A stretch of 64,000 nt of DNA from Elusimicrobiota bacterium (GTDB lineage Bacteria > Elusimicrobiota > Elusimicrobia > JACQPE01): assembly GCA_016180815.1 (NCBI GenBank), contig JACPAN010000010.1, positions 15,913 through 79,912 of the forward strand. The letters run 5' to 3'. Made by a program: the position numbers and the translations under genes. Within the stretch, counting starts at the first letter, position 1. Each line of letters opens with the position of its first letter. Of the stretch, positions 34,413 through 44,805 are shown piece by piece. The notes beneath the pieces are model-generated. The model was not told where the DNA came from, searched no databases, and worked only from the letters and a program-made list of their open reading frames with translations.

Positions 34413-36572
34413 TCAGGCGGGCTCGGGCTTGCTGCGAAGGCGTTCATCGACTAAAAAAGAAAGCTCGGTGATGGCAGCCGCTTCCTCAAACGATACCGGC
34501 GGCGTTCCCCGGCGGCCCGTCACATATTCGGCGAAGGAGCGCCATTCTTCCTCAAAACCCTTGGCCGGGGCCGCGCGATTTTCCCGGAGAACGACCTCGC
34601 CGTTATCGACGATGGTCAGGCGCTTAAAATCATCCAAAATCATCATGCCCGACGGCGTCAAAATTTCGAAGCGTTCTTTGCCGAAGCCCTTGGCCGGGCT
34701 GGCGCCGTAAACAATGGTGGCCATGGCGTCTTGCGGATAGCGCAGTACCGTGACGCAGGAGTCTCCCGGCGCAAGCTCAGGCGAGGATAAAGCGGACGCC
34801 TGAACCTCCACCGGCATCCAAGGCCCTTCGGCGCCGGCGGGCTTAAGAAGATGCGAAGACAAATCAAGCATATGGCAGAGCTCGCCGATGACGCGGCCCC
34901 CGCCTTCCGCGCTTAATATCCAATGATTGGCGGGCACGACTTCCGCGGCCACCCGGTATTGAAGCATCCAAGGCTTCGGGCTTTTGTCAAGGCGCTCCTT
35001 GATTTTAACGGCCAACGGTGAAAATCTTCGATTAAACCCGACATGGAAAGGCGCGGGGCGCCGCTCATAGGCTTGGCGCAAATTCCCCAATTCTTCCATG
35101 TTCAAGGCCATTGGTTTCTCAAGAAAAACGGCTTTACCCGATTCCAATGCCGCCGCGGCCAAGGCCGCATGAAGATTGTGCCGGGTGCCGATTAAAACCA
35201 AATCCACATTCCGGTCGCCTAAAACCTGATTGTAATCCGCGGTCGAACGCGCGCCGTACTGCCCGGCGATAAACGCCGCTTTTTCGGAATGTTTGTTGCA
35301 AATCATGGTGATTTGAAAATCACCCAGGCGCGCCAGAATCGGCAAATGCACCGAGGACGTGAAGCCGCCCGCGCCGATGACGCCCACGCGGATTTTTCCC
35401 GTCCTGGCGCTCCAGGACACGGGCGCGGCGGGCTTCTCCCCTGATTTGTGCTCACCGTTGGCTTTAGGCTCATAAGTCAACAGCGTCATAATCGGCCCCC
35501 CGCCTTTACCGAGATTTTTATAGGCGGCTTCGGCTTTCTCCACGGGATAAACGGCTTGAATCAAGCCCGCGACATCTAATTTCCGGCGGGCGATCAAATC
35601 AAGATAACAGGCCATATTGCGCTCGCTGGTCCAGCGGACATAAGCTCTGGGATAATCCAATCCCCGCTCCTCATAATCGGGATCATAACGGCCGGGGCCA
35701 TAGGCCACCGCGATATTGACGCTTAAATCTTTCTCATAGAGAAGCTCGCGCGGGATCGAGGTTTTGGTATCCCCTAAAATAGTGATGCGCGCGCGTTTCG
35801 CGCAAGCGCGCGCCGCCAAATCCAGCGGGCCTTCGTCTCCGGGAGCATGCACGGCCAGGAGGGCCCCATCCACCCCCTGTCCGTCCGTCCATTCCATGAT
35901 CCGACGCAGGGACTCTTTCGAGGATTCCGCGCTCTGCCACAGCCACCCTCTTGATTTGGCGAATTCCAAACGCGCCGGATCGCGGTCCATGCCGATGACT
36001 TTGGCGCCGGCCGTAGTGAGCAGTTGAGCGACCAATTGCCCCACGGCGCCTAAACCCATCAACAAGACGGTCTCTCCGAGCGCAGGAGACAGCCGGCGCA
36101 CGGCTTGCATGGCAATGGAACCTAAGGTCACGGTCGCCGCTTCCTCCAGGCTCACGCCCATGGGCACTTTGACCGTCAAACGGTTCGACGCCAAAATTTC
36201 TTCGGCATGATTGGCGAATTGGGCGCCCGCGCACGCGACCAGATCGCCGACCGCAAAACCATGGACTTGCCGGCCGCAGGCTTCCACGATGCCGGCCGCC
36301 GAATAACCGATCGGGCGCCCTTGCCGGAACGCTTCATCGAGCTTTTTCAAAAAAGCGCCGACGCCGCGCTCCTTGGCGAACCTGAGCGCTTTGCCGACTA
36401 AGTGCGGGTTCCTTCCGATGTCAAAACCGACTGAAGCCACGATGGCTGATTCCGTGCCCGGGGACACGGCCGAGGCCAAGATACGCACCCGCAGCTCATG
36501 ATCGCCCGGCGCCCCGGGAGAAGGCACGTCCGCCACCACGATTTTTCCGCGCTTGAGCAGCAACTTTTTCAT
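34413..36572 (-). CDS. Bi-domain oxidoreductase (MDR/zinc-ADH-like N-domain fused to Gfo/Idh/MocA C-domain)
   Basis: N-terminal GLGAVGQLVAQL Rossmann fold follows an ADH-like domain. C-terminal IRVGVIGAGGFTSSVHLP...EKPMAL is Gfo/Idh/MocA-like. Confidence 0.8.
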   Translation of the reverse strand: MKKLLLKRGKIVVADVPSPGAPGDHELRVRILASAVSPGTESAIVASVGFDIGRNPHLVGKALRFAKERGVGAFLKKLDEAFRQGRPIGYSAAGIVEACGRQVHGFAVGDLVACAGAQFANHAEEILASNRLTVKVPMGVSLEEAATVTLGSIAMQAVRRLSPALGETVLLMGLGAVGQLVAQLLTTAGAKVIGMDRDPARLEFAKSRGWLWQSAESSKESLRRIMEWTDGQGVDGALLAVHAPGDEGPLDLAARACAKRARITILGDTKTSIPRELLYEKDLSVNIAVAYGPGRYDPDYEERGLDYPRAYVRWTSERNMACYLDLIARRKLDVAGLIQAVYPVEKAEAAYKNLGKGGGPIMTLLTYEPKANGEHKSGEKPAAPVSWSARTGKIRVGVIGAGGFTSSVHLPILARLGDFQITMICNKHSEKAAFIAGQYGARSTADYNQVLGDRNVDLVLIGTRHNLHAALAAAALESGKAVFLEKPMALNMEELGNLRQAYERRPAPFHVGFNRRFSPLAVKIKERLDKSPKPWMLQYRVAAEVVPANHWILSAEGGGRVIGELCHMLDLSSHLLKPAGAEGPWMPVEVQASALSSPELAPGDSCVTVLRYPQDAMATIVYGASPAKGFGKERFEILTPSGMMILDDFKRLTIVDNGEVVLRENRAAPAKGFEEEWRSFAEYVTGRRGTPPVSFEEAAAITELSFLVDERLRSKPEPA

Positions 36573-37789
36573 GGCATGACCCCTTTGAAATCAAGAATAT
36601 TCTCAGCGCCCTTTCGGGATCGAAGGCCCGGCCAATCCAACGATAAAAATTCTTTATGGTCCACCAACAAGGCAATGACGTCGGCTTTGCTCAAGCCCTC
36701 ATTAAGAGCGACCGAGGGAATATTGTGATTGAGGTTTTTAGCATGAGCATCGGCGACCATGAACGTCAAATCCCGGCGTTTCGAAAAATGCTCGATGATG
36801 TGCAAAGCCGGGCTCTCGCGTATATCATCGACATTGGCTTTATAAGTGGCGCCCAGGCAAAGCAACGCGGGTTTGGCCTTGCCCGTATTCTTGAGGGTCT
36901 GTTCGATCTCGGCAATGACGCGCAGGGGCTTGGCATCGTTGATTTCTCGGGCCAAGCGCGTCATTTTCGCTTCCTCAGGCGCGGCCTCCACCAAAAACCA
37001 AGGATCGACCGCGATGCAATGCCCGCCCACACCGGGCCCCGGACGCAGAATATTCACCCGAGGGTGCTTGTTCGCCAAGCGGATGACATCCCAGGCATTG
37101 ATGCCTATTTTCCGGCAGACGGCCTCCACTTCATTGGCGAAAGCGATATTGACGTCGCGGAAGGTATTCTCGATGAGCTTGACGGTTTCAGCGGTCGTGC
37201 AGTCCGTCAGGTGAATCTCGCCTTGGACGAAACGCCCGTAAACGGCTTTGGCCCGTTCGCGAGATAATTCGTCGATGCCGCCGACGATGCGGTCGTTGGT
37301 GACGAGTTCCGTCAGGATATTGCCGGGCAGCACGCGCTCCGGGCAATGCGCCACAAAAACATCGCCGGGAATTTTTTGGCCGCTTCCGGCTAAGATCGGG
37401 ATTAAAATTTTTTCAACCGTGGACGGCGGAACCGTGGATTCCAAAATGACCAAATTTCCCGGCTTCAACCGGCGCGCGATGCTCTGGGCCGCTTCACGCA
37501 CGAAGGAGAGATCGGCCCGGGCGTTTTCATGCGGGGTCGGCACGCAAATCATGAAAACATCCGCCTCCTGAACTTCATCGTTTAAGCTCAGATGGTTTGA
37601 TTTTAAGGCGGCCTCGACCAGGGTGTTTAACCCCGGTTCCTCAATAGGCGTTCGCCCTTGGCGCAAATGATCGATGACGGCTTTTCGCTTATCGACACCG
37701 ACGACATCAAACCCATGCGTAGCCAAAATACTGGCCGTGGGCAGGCCGATATAGCCTAGTCCTAGAACACAAATCCGCTCGGTTGCCAT
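36569..37789 (-). CDS. UDP-N-acetyl-D-mannosamine/UDP-sugar dehydrogenase (WecC/Cap5O-like)
   Basis: ICVLGLGYIGLPTA nucleotide-binding start with the catalytic Cys region typical of UDP-glucose/ManNAc dehydrogenases. The start is taken at MATERICV. Confidence 0.85.
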   Translation of the reverse strand: MATERICVLGLGYIGLPTASILATHGFDVVGVDKRKAVIDHLRQGRTPIEEPGLNTLVEAALKSNHLSLNDEVQEADVFMICVPTPHENARADLSFVREAAQSIARRLKPGNLVILESTVPPSTVEKILIPILAGSGQKIPGDVFVAHCPERVLPGNILTELVTNDRIVGGIDELSRERAKAVYGRFVQGEIHLTDCTTAETVKLIENTFRDVNIAFANEVEAVCRKIGINAWDVIRLANKHPRVNILRPGPGVGGHCIAVDPWFLVEAAPEEAKMTRLAREINDAKPLRVIAEIEQTLKNTGKAKPALLCLGATYKANVDDIRESPALHIIEHFSKRRDLTFMVADAHAKNLNHNIPSVALNEGLSKADVIALLVDHKEFLSLDWPGLRSRKGAENILDFKGVMP

Positions 37790-38862
37790 CAACTCTTGAT
37801 TGTAGCCTTTTGAGAATTCCCGAATAAACCGCGCCATAACTCGACCAAAGAATTTTCACGCGCAATCACGAGAAAGGAAGCGGCGAAGAGAAGAACGTAA
37901 GTAAAGCCATGCGCGGCCAACAGATAGGCCAAGGCTTGATCCGTTGCGAAACCCAGGGACTCCAAAACCCAAGAGCCCATAAGCTCGTAAAGCCCCAAAG
38001 CTCCGGGACTGACCGATGAGGCGTAAGCCAATGAAAGAGTCACCTGAAGAAACAAAAGCTGAAAAAACGAAAGGTGAATTTGGAATCCCTCGGCCATGGA
38101 CCAGACGAAGAATAAGTCCGCCAGCCAAATGAGCAAAGCCGCGGCCATGGCCGCGGGCAAACGCTTGGCCAAGGCCCGCGCAATTTCCCTGAGTTGCCCC
38201 AACAAAGCGCTCGCCAACAGCCATAGACGGCGCCTCAAACCGCCGATATCAAAGGCCAACACCGCCATGGCCGCGACAAGCAAACAGCAAACGGCGATCA
38301 ACGGCCACGGTAAGCCTTGGGAAGAATCAGTTCCTGGGCCGGATAATTTTTCCAGCCAAACTAAGAACAGGGAACTGTTGCCGATGAACGCCAACCCCAT
38401 CAACAACAAAAGGCTGATGACATCCAGGACGCGCTCGGCAACGATCACCATCGATGATTTTAAAAACCCCAAGCCCGCTCTTTTGGCCAGATAATAAATT
38501 TTCAGCAGTTCGCCGACTCTCAACGGGATGAAATTATTGACGGCCAAGCATAGAACGGCGCCGCTGGCATAGGGTTTGGGCACCGAGGCGCGGCCTTCGC
38601 CCAGATAAGCGATGCGCAAACCCCGCAGCCATAATCCCGTTAAAAAAATGAAACCCGCAGGAAGAAGCCACAACGGCTGCGCCCGGCGCAAGGCGCTCGA
38701 TATCTGGCTCCACTCGACATGGCGGAAAGCAAAATAAAAAAGCGCAGCGCCTAAGCCCAGGCTCATCAAACCCTGTAAAAGGCGCCTGCCGTTACCCAGC
38801 CCTGAAGCAAATTTTTGTTGAGGCACCGGTGCTTTAGCGCTAGAGCTCGCGTTTGGAAGCAA
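37789..38862 (-). CDS. Flippase-like / lysylphosphatidylglycerol-synthase-TM-region (UPF0104) family membrane protein
   Basis: 357-aa polytopic protein. It sits downstream of a GT2 polyprenyl-phosphate glycosyltransferase, the conserved pairing for this family. Confidence 0.65.
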   Translation of the reverse strand: MLPNASSSAKAPVPQQKFASGLGNGRRLLQGLMSLGLGAALFYFAFRHVEWSQISSALRRAQPLWLLPAGFIFLTGLWLRGLRIAYLGEGRASVPKPYASGAVLCLAVNNFIPLRVGELLKIYYLAKRAGLGFLKSSMVIVAERVLDVISLLLLMGLAFIGNSSLFLVWLEKLSGPGTDSSQGLPWPLIAVCCLLVAAMAVLAFDIGGLRRRLWLLASALLGQLREIARALAKRLPAAMAAALLIWLADLFFVWSMAEGFQIHLSFFQLLFLQVTLSLAYASSVSPGALGLYELMGSWVLESLGFATDQALAYLLAAHGFTYVLLFAASFLVIARENSLVELWRGLFGNSQKATIKS

Positions 38863-39814
38863 GGTGATAGGATTTGTAATTTTGATGCGCCATAAAACTG
38901 CGGGCCATCAAGTCGGCCATGACGCCTAGGAAGAAAAACAGCAGCGCGCCGCAGCCCAAAAAAAGACCTAAAAAGAACAACGGAGAAAGCCAATCGCCGC
39001 CCATGGCCAAACGGCGAAAAACCACGAAAGCCTCCAAGCAGAACGCGATCCCCAAGAGCCCCAGGCCGGCCATGCCGAAAAAATGCATGGGCCGCGTGAT
39101 ATAGGAAAAATAAAAATTGAGCAAAAAAGCGTCAAGCACGACCTTCCACAAACGCGTCATGATGGAATACTTCGAATAACCGGCCGTCCGGGGGCGATGC
39201 GGCACCGGCATCTCCGTTACTTTAAGCCCCATCCAGGTCAAATACGCGGGCAGCAAACGATGCATATCCCCCATCATGCGAAAATCCTTAAGCGCGGCGC
39301 GCCGGTAAGCCCTCAGCGTGCACCCGTAATCATGAATGGGCACGCGGGTAATGGCGCTGATCATTTTATTGGCCAGACGGCTGACCCAAACGCGCAGAAG
39401 GCCGTCATGGCGGTCCCTGCGCCAGCCGCAGACGACGTCGAAGCCCTCGCCAAGCTTGGCCAGCAATCCGGCGATGGCCGAAGGGTCGTTCTGACGATCC
39501 CCGTCTAACGTCACCACGATATCCCCCTGCGCATGCTCGAACCCGCAGGCCAGCGCCGCTGATTGGCCGAAATTTCTCGTCAACTTGAAATATAAAACGC
39601 GCGCGTTGCCGTCGGAGCAGCTTTCAACGGCGGCTTGCGAAGCGTCCGAACTGCCGTCATCCACCCACAAAATTTCCCAATTCATACCCAAACGTTTGAG
39701 GGCCTGTTGAAGCTCATCAAACAGCGGCCGGATATTGCGCTCCTCGTTAAAGACCGGGATGACGATGGAAAGCTTGGGTTCCTCTGTCACGGCTTGGCCT
39801 CCAGACGGCTCCAA
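38840..39814 (-). CDS. GT2 polyprenyl-phosphate glycosyltransferase (ArnC/DPM1-like)
   Basis: LSIVIPVFNEE ... DGDRQNDP (DXD) followed by two C-terminal TM helices. Confidence 0.85.
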   Translation of the reverse strand: MEPSGGQAVTEEPKLSIVIPVFNEERNIRPLFDELQQALKRLGMNWEILWVDDGSSDASQAAVESCSDGNARVLYFKLTRNFGQSAALACGFEHAQGDIVVTLDGDRQNDPSAIAGLLAKLGEGFDVVCGWRRDRHDGLLRVWVSRLANKMISAITRVPIHDYGCTLRAYRRAALKDFRMMGDMHRLLPAYLTWMGLKVTEMPVPHRPRTAGYSKYSIMTRLWKVVLDAFLLNFYFSYITRPMHFFGMAGLGLLGIAFCLEAFVVFRRLAMGGDWLSPLFFLGLFLGCGALLFFFLGVMADLMARSFMAHQNYKSYHLASKREL

Positions 39815-41301
39815 TGATTAAGCGTGCGCCAATATTCTTTGCGCCAGGGTTCCAGCGCAGCGGCCCGGCGTTCGGCCCAAAAGGCGCGGGGCAAGCGCGC
39901 GGGCGCCTCCCGGCTTAACGTAAATTCCAAATGAGCCAAATCATCCCAAACGGTTTGATTGCGCAAATCCCAACGCAATGATCGCGCCAGCGAACGGCGC
40001 ACTTCGGCCCAAACTGCGGGGCTTGACTCCACCAAGCTCAGCCACAGCCCGCCCCTTAAAAGATGATACCGCGCCATGAACAGCTCGCCGGCAAGAGCCA
40101 GGGCGGCCGCGGCCGCAAACACAAGCGCAACCTTCATCGGACCTGCCCCGAATGATAGGGCCGGGCCCCTGATATCGGCGCGGCGGTAAGATAAAGCCAA
40201 GGCCGTGACCGCCGCGGCATTGGGCAATAAAAAAACGGATGAATCATAAAAACCGCTCAATAAAATAACGGCGAACACTGCCTGGCAATCAGCAGGTAAA
40301 GGGCGCGGCCACTGTTTCCATAATGAATAGGCCGCGCCCAAAAGCAACGATGCGCCGATTAAGCCCCAATGACTTAAAAACTCGATATACATATTATGGC
40401 TGTAATTGGACCTCAGAGGCACATCCGGTGACCGGTAAATAGGATATAGGGCGCCATAGCCTCCCTCCATGGCCGTGCCCCACAAGGGAGAATCGAAAAA
40501 CATGGCCGCACCTGCGCGCTGCCACTCAAAGCGATGACTCAGCGATTCCGGATTCCTGAAGGCTTTCAAAGCGACAATCGCCAGGCCGGCGCCCAGAACC
40601 GGATAAATCCAACGGCGCTTTCCAAACAACAATGCAACCGCCAAAAAGCCCGTGAAACAAGCCCCCCATGAACGGCTGACGATTAAAGCCGCGGCTAACG
40701 CGGCCATGATAAACGCATAAAAATACTTCTCGCTGCGATCGCCCGAACGCAGCCGCTGATAGGCGGCGATCGGAAATGCGCAGCTTAGATGAAATCCCAA
40801 AACGTTGGGGTTGCCCATCGCCAAATCCTGAAGCCCGGATCGGGCAAAAAAAAGGCGGCTGCCCAAGGCAATGGCCGCGGTCACCCACGCCCCCGTCAAA
40901 ACCGCGAATCGAATTTTTTCGCCGAAGCCGCGTTCCCGGCCCGAGCGAAAAATCAAGGCTAAAGCATAAACGCCCACCGCAGCCAAGCCGAGGCCTTTCT
41001 CCCAAACAAAACTGGTGCCGCCGCAAGAAAAAACCGCCAAACAAAGACCCAAGGCAACCGCAAACCCGGATAAAGCCACCGGCGGCATCGGCAGCCGTTC
41101 CATCGATAGAAAAATAAGCAAGCTGGTTAAAACCAAAAAAATCATGCCGAGAGAGCCGGTAAATTGAGGCGCCAAACCGTAAACCGGGGCCAAGGCCATC
41201 AGCGGCCACAAGGCCAAAAGATCGCTTTTCGACCAGTGGAGCGCCGATAAACGGTTCAAGCGAAGGGGCTTGAGCTTATGCAGAAGCAACAACCGGGTCA
41301 A
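39787..41301 (-). CDS. O-antigen ligase/polymerase family membrane protein
   Basis: 504-aa polytopic protein. NYSHNMYIEFL matches the O-antigen ligase (Wzy_C) signature. Confidence 0.7.
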   Translation of the reverse strand: MTRLLLLHKLKPLRLNRLSALHWSKSDLLALWPLMALAPVYGLAPQFTGSLGMIFLVLTSLLIFLSMERLPMPPVALSGFAVALGLCLAVFSCGGTSFVWEKGLGLAAVGVYALALIFRSGRERGFGEKIRFAVLTGAWVTAAIALGSRLFFARSGLQDLAMGNPNVLGFHLSCAFPIAAYQRLRSGDRSEKYFYAFIMAALAAALIVSRSWGACFTGFLAVALLFGKRRWIYPVLGAGLAIVALKAFRNPESLSHRFEWQRAGAAMFFDSPLWGTAMEGGYGALYPIYRSPDVPLRSNYSHNMYIEFLSHWGLIGASLLLGAAYSLWKQWPRPLPADCQAVFAVILLSGFYDSSVFLLPNAAAVTALALSYRRADIRGPALSFGAGPMKVALVFAAAAALALAGELFMARYHLLRGGLWLSLVESSPAVWAEVRRSLARSLRWDLRNQTVWDDLAHLEFTLSREAPARLPRAFWAERRAAALEPWRKEYWRTLNHWSRLEAKP

Positions 41302-43136
41302 TCGAGAATTTTAGGAGTGACGAACACCAGGAGTTCCGAACGCGGATCATTCCTCGATGTTCTGCGGAAAAACCATCCGATTAACGGAAGGTCGCCGAGG
41401 ATCGGGACTTTGGTCGTCTGCCGGTCCTTGGTTTCACTGATTAATCCGCCGATGACGGCCGTTTCCTCGTCTTTGACGATCAGGGTCGTGCTGGCCGTGC
41501 GCGTATTGATGGCCGGCGCCACGCCCGGCACGCCGCCGGTGGAGCCCACTTGGCTGACCGTTGGAGAAATGACCATTTTGATGTAACGGTCCGAGGTGAT
41601 GGTCGGCGTGACATTCAATAAAACGCCGACGCTCAAGTAAGAGGCGCTTTGAGTGGTGCCCACGCCGGGACTGACCGTTGTCACGACGGTGGGCACCTGG
41701 CTTCCGGCCGTGATGCTGGCCGCCTTGTTATTAAGCGTTACGATTTTAGGATTGGAAAGAACCTTCAGCCTGCCTTCCCTCGCGGCAAAGCTTAATGCTG
41801 AGGTCAAAAAGCTGGTATTGGTGACCCGGCCGAAGGTAAAAGCCAAAGAGGTCACCGCGGTTCCGCCCGGAGGCAGGCTCAGACGGACCGGATTGCTGGG
41901 CATGGCGCCGGCAATGCCGCCGGCTTTCGTCGTGGCATTGGGATTGGTGTAACCGATGCTGCGACGATCAAGCTGCGGTTCTGCGCCTGTCAAATTCGAC
42001 CGATCCCAGTCCTTCGCGTACTGCCACTCAATCCCATAGTCGGTGGCCTTGTCGATTTGCAGATCAATAATTTTAGCCTCGATTTGGACGGCCTTGGGGC
42101 GGATGTCCAACTGTTTGATGAGATTGGCCGTCTGAATAAGGCCATCGTCGGTATCCGTCACGATCAAAGCGTTGATGTCGTTGGCGATCAAGATACTGCC
42201 CTTGCGCCCCTCCATGCTCCTGATGGCGTTGAGGTGAGTGCTCATCTCCGCGGCCGCGACATAGTTCAAAATAAAAATGCGCGTGTTGGTGATGGCGCGC
42301 TGCTTTTCCGCCAAGTAACTGGTCTGCCCCATGATCTTGATGATATTCGATCCCGTTTGGCTCGCAGCCAATTGCTTAATGGTCAGGATGGTCTGAAACA
42401 CCTCATTGTAAGGGACCTGCTCCAACTGCAGGGTGATCGTACCGGTAACATCCGGCGCCATAATCAGGTTTAGTTTATTGCCGAGAAGGGATTCCAACTT
42501 CTCAATCAAGATAGTCAGCGCCGCCCCGATGTCAAGGTCCCTGAAATCCACGTCAATGGGCGCGGTCGGCAGCTCACGCAAAAGATCACGGTCCAAGTTA
42601 TCCGATGAACCCTGCGCCGAAGCGGCCGTTTTCGCCTGAAGCGCCTTGGGCGCGGCCCCAACGCCGGTTGCGGCCATGGCCGTTTTCTTAGCCGTCGCCT
42701 TAAAATCAAGAGTCACCGTTCCGTTCAACTGAGTCGCTTGATAAGGCGCTGCTTGAGCCAAATCCACCACCACGCGGGCGACATGCTGAGGACTGTTGCT
42801 GAACTGAGCCACCCGAACCCTGTCCACGAATGCTCCCGCGGGGCTGGGTTTTAAGCTTTCCGGAAAACCGCTGGGAATCCACGTGTCGTAAAATTCCAGG
42901 ACCACTTTAGGCGGCGACGCGATGGCGAAGGTCTTATACTTGGCCTGGACCCCTTCGGTTTTGATCTCAACCTTATCTTCCTCAAATTGTACGCCCGCAA
43001 TTTTAGTGGGCGCGCGCCATTGCTCGCCCATCGGCGAGGTCGCGGCCGGAACCGTCCTTGAGCAAAGGACGCCCAAACCCAACAACGCCGGCAGGGCCAA
43101 GTATCGGGCCGAAAATTTTCGATTGCTCATGTTCAT
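41298..43136 (-). CDS. pilQ: Type IV pilus secretin PilQ with N-terminal AMIN domain
   Basis: Signal peptide, an AMIN-like region (VVLEFYD) and a C-terminal secretin domain (VIGGLISETKDRQTTKVPILGDLPLIGWFFR). Confidence 0.9.
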   Translation of the reverse strand: MNMSNRKFSARYLALPALLGLGVLCSRTVPAATSPMGEQWRAPTKIAGVQFEEDKVEIKTEGVQAKYKTFAIASPPKVVLEFYDTWIPSGFPESLKPSPAGAFVDRVRVAQFSNSPQHVARVVVDLAQAAPYQATQLNGTVTLDFKATAKKTAMAATGVGAAPKALQAKTAASAQGSSDNLDRDLLRELPTAPIDVDFRDLDIGAALTILIEKLESLLGNKLNLIMAPDVTGTITLQLEQVPYNEVFQTILTIKQLAASQTGSNIIKIMGQTSYLAEKQRAITNTRIFILNYVAAAEMSTHLNAIRSMEGRKGSILIANDINALIVTDTDDGLIQTANLIKQLDIRPKAVQIEAKIIDLQIDKATDYGIEWQYAKDWDRSNLTGAEPQLDRRSIGYTNPNATTKAGGIAGAMPSNPVRLSLPPGGTAVTSLAFTFGRVTNTSFLTSALSFAAREGRLKVLSNPKIVTLNNKAASITAGSQVPTVVTTVSPGVGTTQSASYLSVGVLLNVTPTITSDRYIKMVISPTVSQVGSTGGVPGVAPAINTRTASTTLIVKDEETAVIGGLISETKDRQTTKVPILGDLPLIGWFFRRTSRNDPRSELLVFVTPKILD

Positions 43137-43666
43137 GGCGATCCTCCCTCTTCTTTATCTTGCGGAAAACCGACGGTAGCCATCAATGGATCCCCTTTTG
43201 TCCGGCTGATGATGACGCTGTCTTTCTGAATTTTGGCGGAAAAAACGCCCAAGACCAATCCGCTGGCCATATGACGCACGCGGGAACCACGGATCACATA
43301 ACCCTCCCCAGGATTCGAAAGGCTGGCCAAAATCGCCATATGCTCGCCACGCTTGGCGTCTTTCACCAAGGCCCGCACCACAAGATCATCCGGATTAAAA
43401 GCTTTTTCCAAATCCTCGATGGACAAGTCGGCCGCGGGCTCGCTTGAAGCCATCGCAGCGCCGGCTGAAGCGCCGCCCGCTGCCAACAACGACACGAATG
43501 GGTCGCCTAAATTCTTGGCGCGATAGGAATACTCGGCGGCCGCGGCGGTGGAAACCTGAGGCGTCTGAGCCCATAATAATGAGGAACAACAGCACAAGAC
43601 GGTCAGAACGAACAAGGGCCGGACGCCGGGATTTTTAAACCGTTGAAGCGCGACTACCATGTCCAT
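43133..43666 (-). CDS. pilP: Pilus assembly protein PilP
   Basis: Signal or lipoprotein-like N-terminus, the RAKNLGDPF motif, and its position in pilMNOPQ. Confidence 0.8.
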   Translation of the reverse strand: MDMVVALQRFKNPGVRPLFVLTVLCCCSSLLWAQTPQVSTAAAAEYSYRAKNLGDPFVSLLAAGGASAGAAMASSEPAADLSIEDLEKAFNPDDLVVRALVKDAKRGEHMAILASLSNPGEGYVIRGSRVRHMASGLVLGVFSAKIQKDSVIISRTKGDPLMATVGFPQDKEEGGSP

Positions 43667-43669
43667 CCG

Positions 43670-44236
43670 TCAACCTCCTTTGTATTGATAAGTCACCAGC
43701 GTCAACGATACGCTGACGCTGATCCACGGGGCTTCCGTCGTCGGCGACGCGCGCGATAAAGAAAGGTTCCTTGTATGAAAAATGCGCTCCATCTTGCCCA
43801 TCGTTTCCATAAAAAGGGCGACATCATGATAAGAACCGGTGATTGAAAGGCCGAAGGGAATCTCATCGTAGAGACCGGCGGAGGAGGCGCTCATGGGATT
43901 GATATTAGAGACTTGAACCCGATGTTTGCGGGCCATTTGGGTGATGACCTGCAGGATATTGGGCATGTTTTGGGTATCCGGCAGCTTGGCCCGCAGAGCC
44001 GTCCATGCCGATTCCGCTTCGGCAATTTCGGCCAGAAGCCTCTCGCGTTTTTTGGCGCGCTTCTCCAAATCCTCGACGCGTTTGGTCAGCTCGACGACCT
44101 TGACTTTATTTTTCTTGATGGATTCCAGATTCGGTTTAAGAAAATATTTGAAATAAACAAAACTCCCTAAAGCAGCCATCATGACCGCGGCCGCGATCTG
44201 TTGAATCTGCTCTTTGCTGAGCTTAATTTTATCCAT
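43670..44236 (-). CDS. pilO: Pilus assembly protein PilO
   Basis: Single N-terminal TM helix, a coiled-coil and its position. Confidence 0.8.
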   Translation of the reverse strand: MDKIKLSKEQIQQIAAAVMMAALGSFVYFKYFLKPNLESIKKNKVKVVELTKRVEDLEKRAKKRERLLAEIAEAESAWTALRAKLPDTQNMPNILQVITQMARKHRVQVSNINPMSASSAGLYDEIPFGLSITGSYHDVALFMETMGKMERIFHTRNLSLSRASPTTEAPWISVSVSLTLVTYQYKGG

Positions 44237-44257
44237 TGTCGTTTCTGTTCATCATGA

Positions 44258-44803
44258 TCATTGAGGCGTGTACACCAATGTTATGGGGAACGCGGACCCC
44301 GATGCCGAATTGGAAATCGAGCCCAGCTTGATGCCGCTGAAACCCTTGGTCGCTTCCAAACGCTCGAGCCACTTAATCACCGCCTGGATACCCACGGAAT
44401 TGGCTTGGATGGTCAATTGATATCCGCCCTCTGCGCTCTTCGCCGTCCCCACCGACGTAAACCAAATTTGATTCGGAGGCAGGCTCATCACCAATGCCTC
44501 CATGACCTTCGGGTAATCAAAACGCCCGCCCAGCAATGATTGAACGACGCCGTTCTTCGATAAAATCGCCGCTTTCTTGGCCTCCAGCGCATCGACTTCG
44601 CGGGCAATCTCTTCAAGCTGTTTGACCTTAGCCTCCAGGGTTTCGACTTCACGGGCTAAACTGCGCGATTGAAAATAGATGGTCATTGAAACGCCCACGA
44701 TCGCCAACGCCGCGACCCCGCCCACGGCGCCGCCTATTTTGACCATGACGGCTCTCGTCTGCTTTTGTATGTATTCTTTAGGGATGAGGTTGATTCTGAC
44801 CAT
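44258..44803 (-). CDS. pilN: Pilus assembly protein PilN
   Basis: MVRINLIPKEY (INLLP motif) followed by a TM helix. Confidence 0.8.
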   Translation of the reverse strand: MVRINLIPKEYIQKQTRAVMVKIGGAVGGVAALAIVGVSMTIYFQSRSLAREVETLEAKVKQLEEIAREVDALEAKKAAILSKNGVVQSLLGGRFDYPKVMEALVMSLPPNQIWFTSVGTAKSAEGGYQLTIQANSVGIQAVIKWLERLEATKGFSGIKLGSISNSASGSAFPITLVYTPQ

Positions 44804-44805
44804 GG

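Noticed and set aside
36656-37267. 203-aa plus-strand ORF inside the WecC-like gene
   Set aside because: Antisense to a dehydrogenase with a clear Rossmann motif.
40526-41209. 227-aa minus-strand alternative-frame ORF within the O-antigen ligase-like gene
   Set aside because: Same-strand out-of-frame overlap with Gly/Arg-rich low complexity. The polytopic frame with the NYSHNMYIEF motif is preferred.
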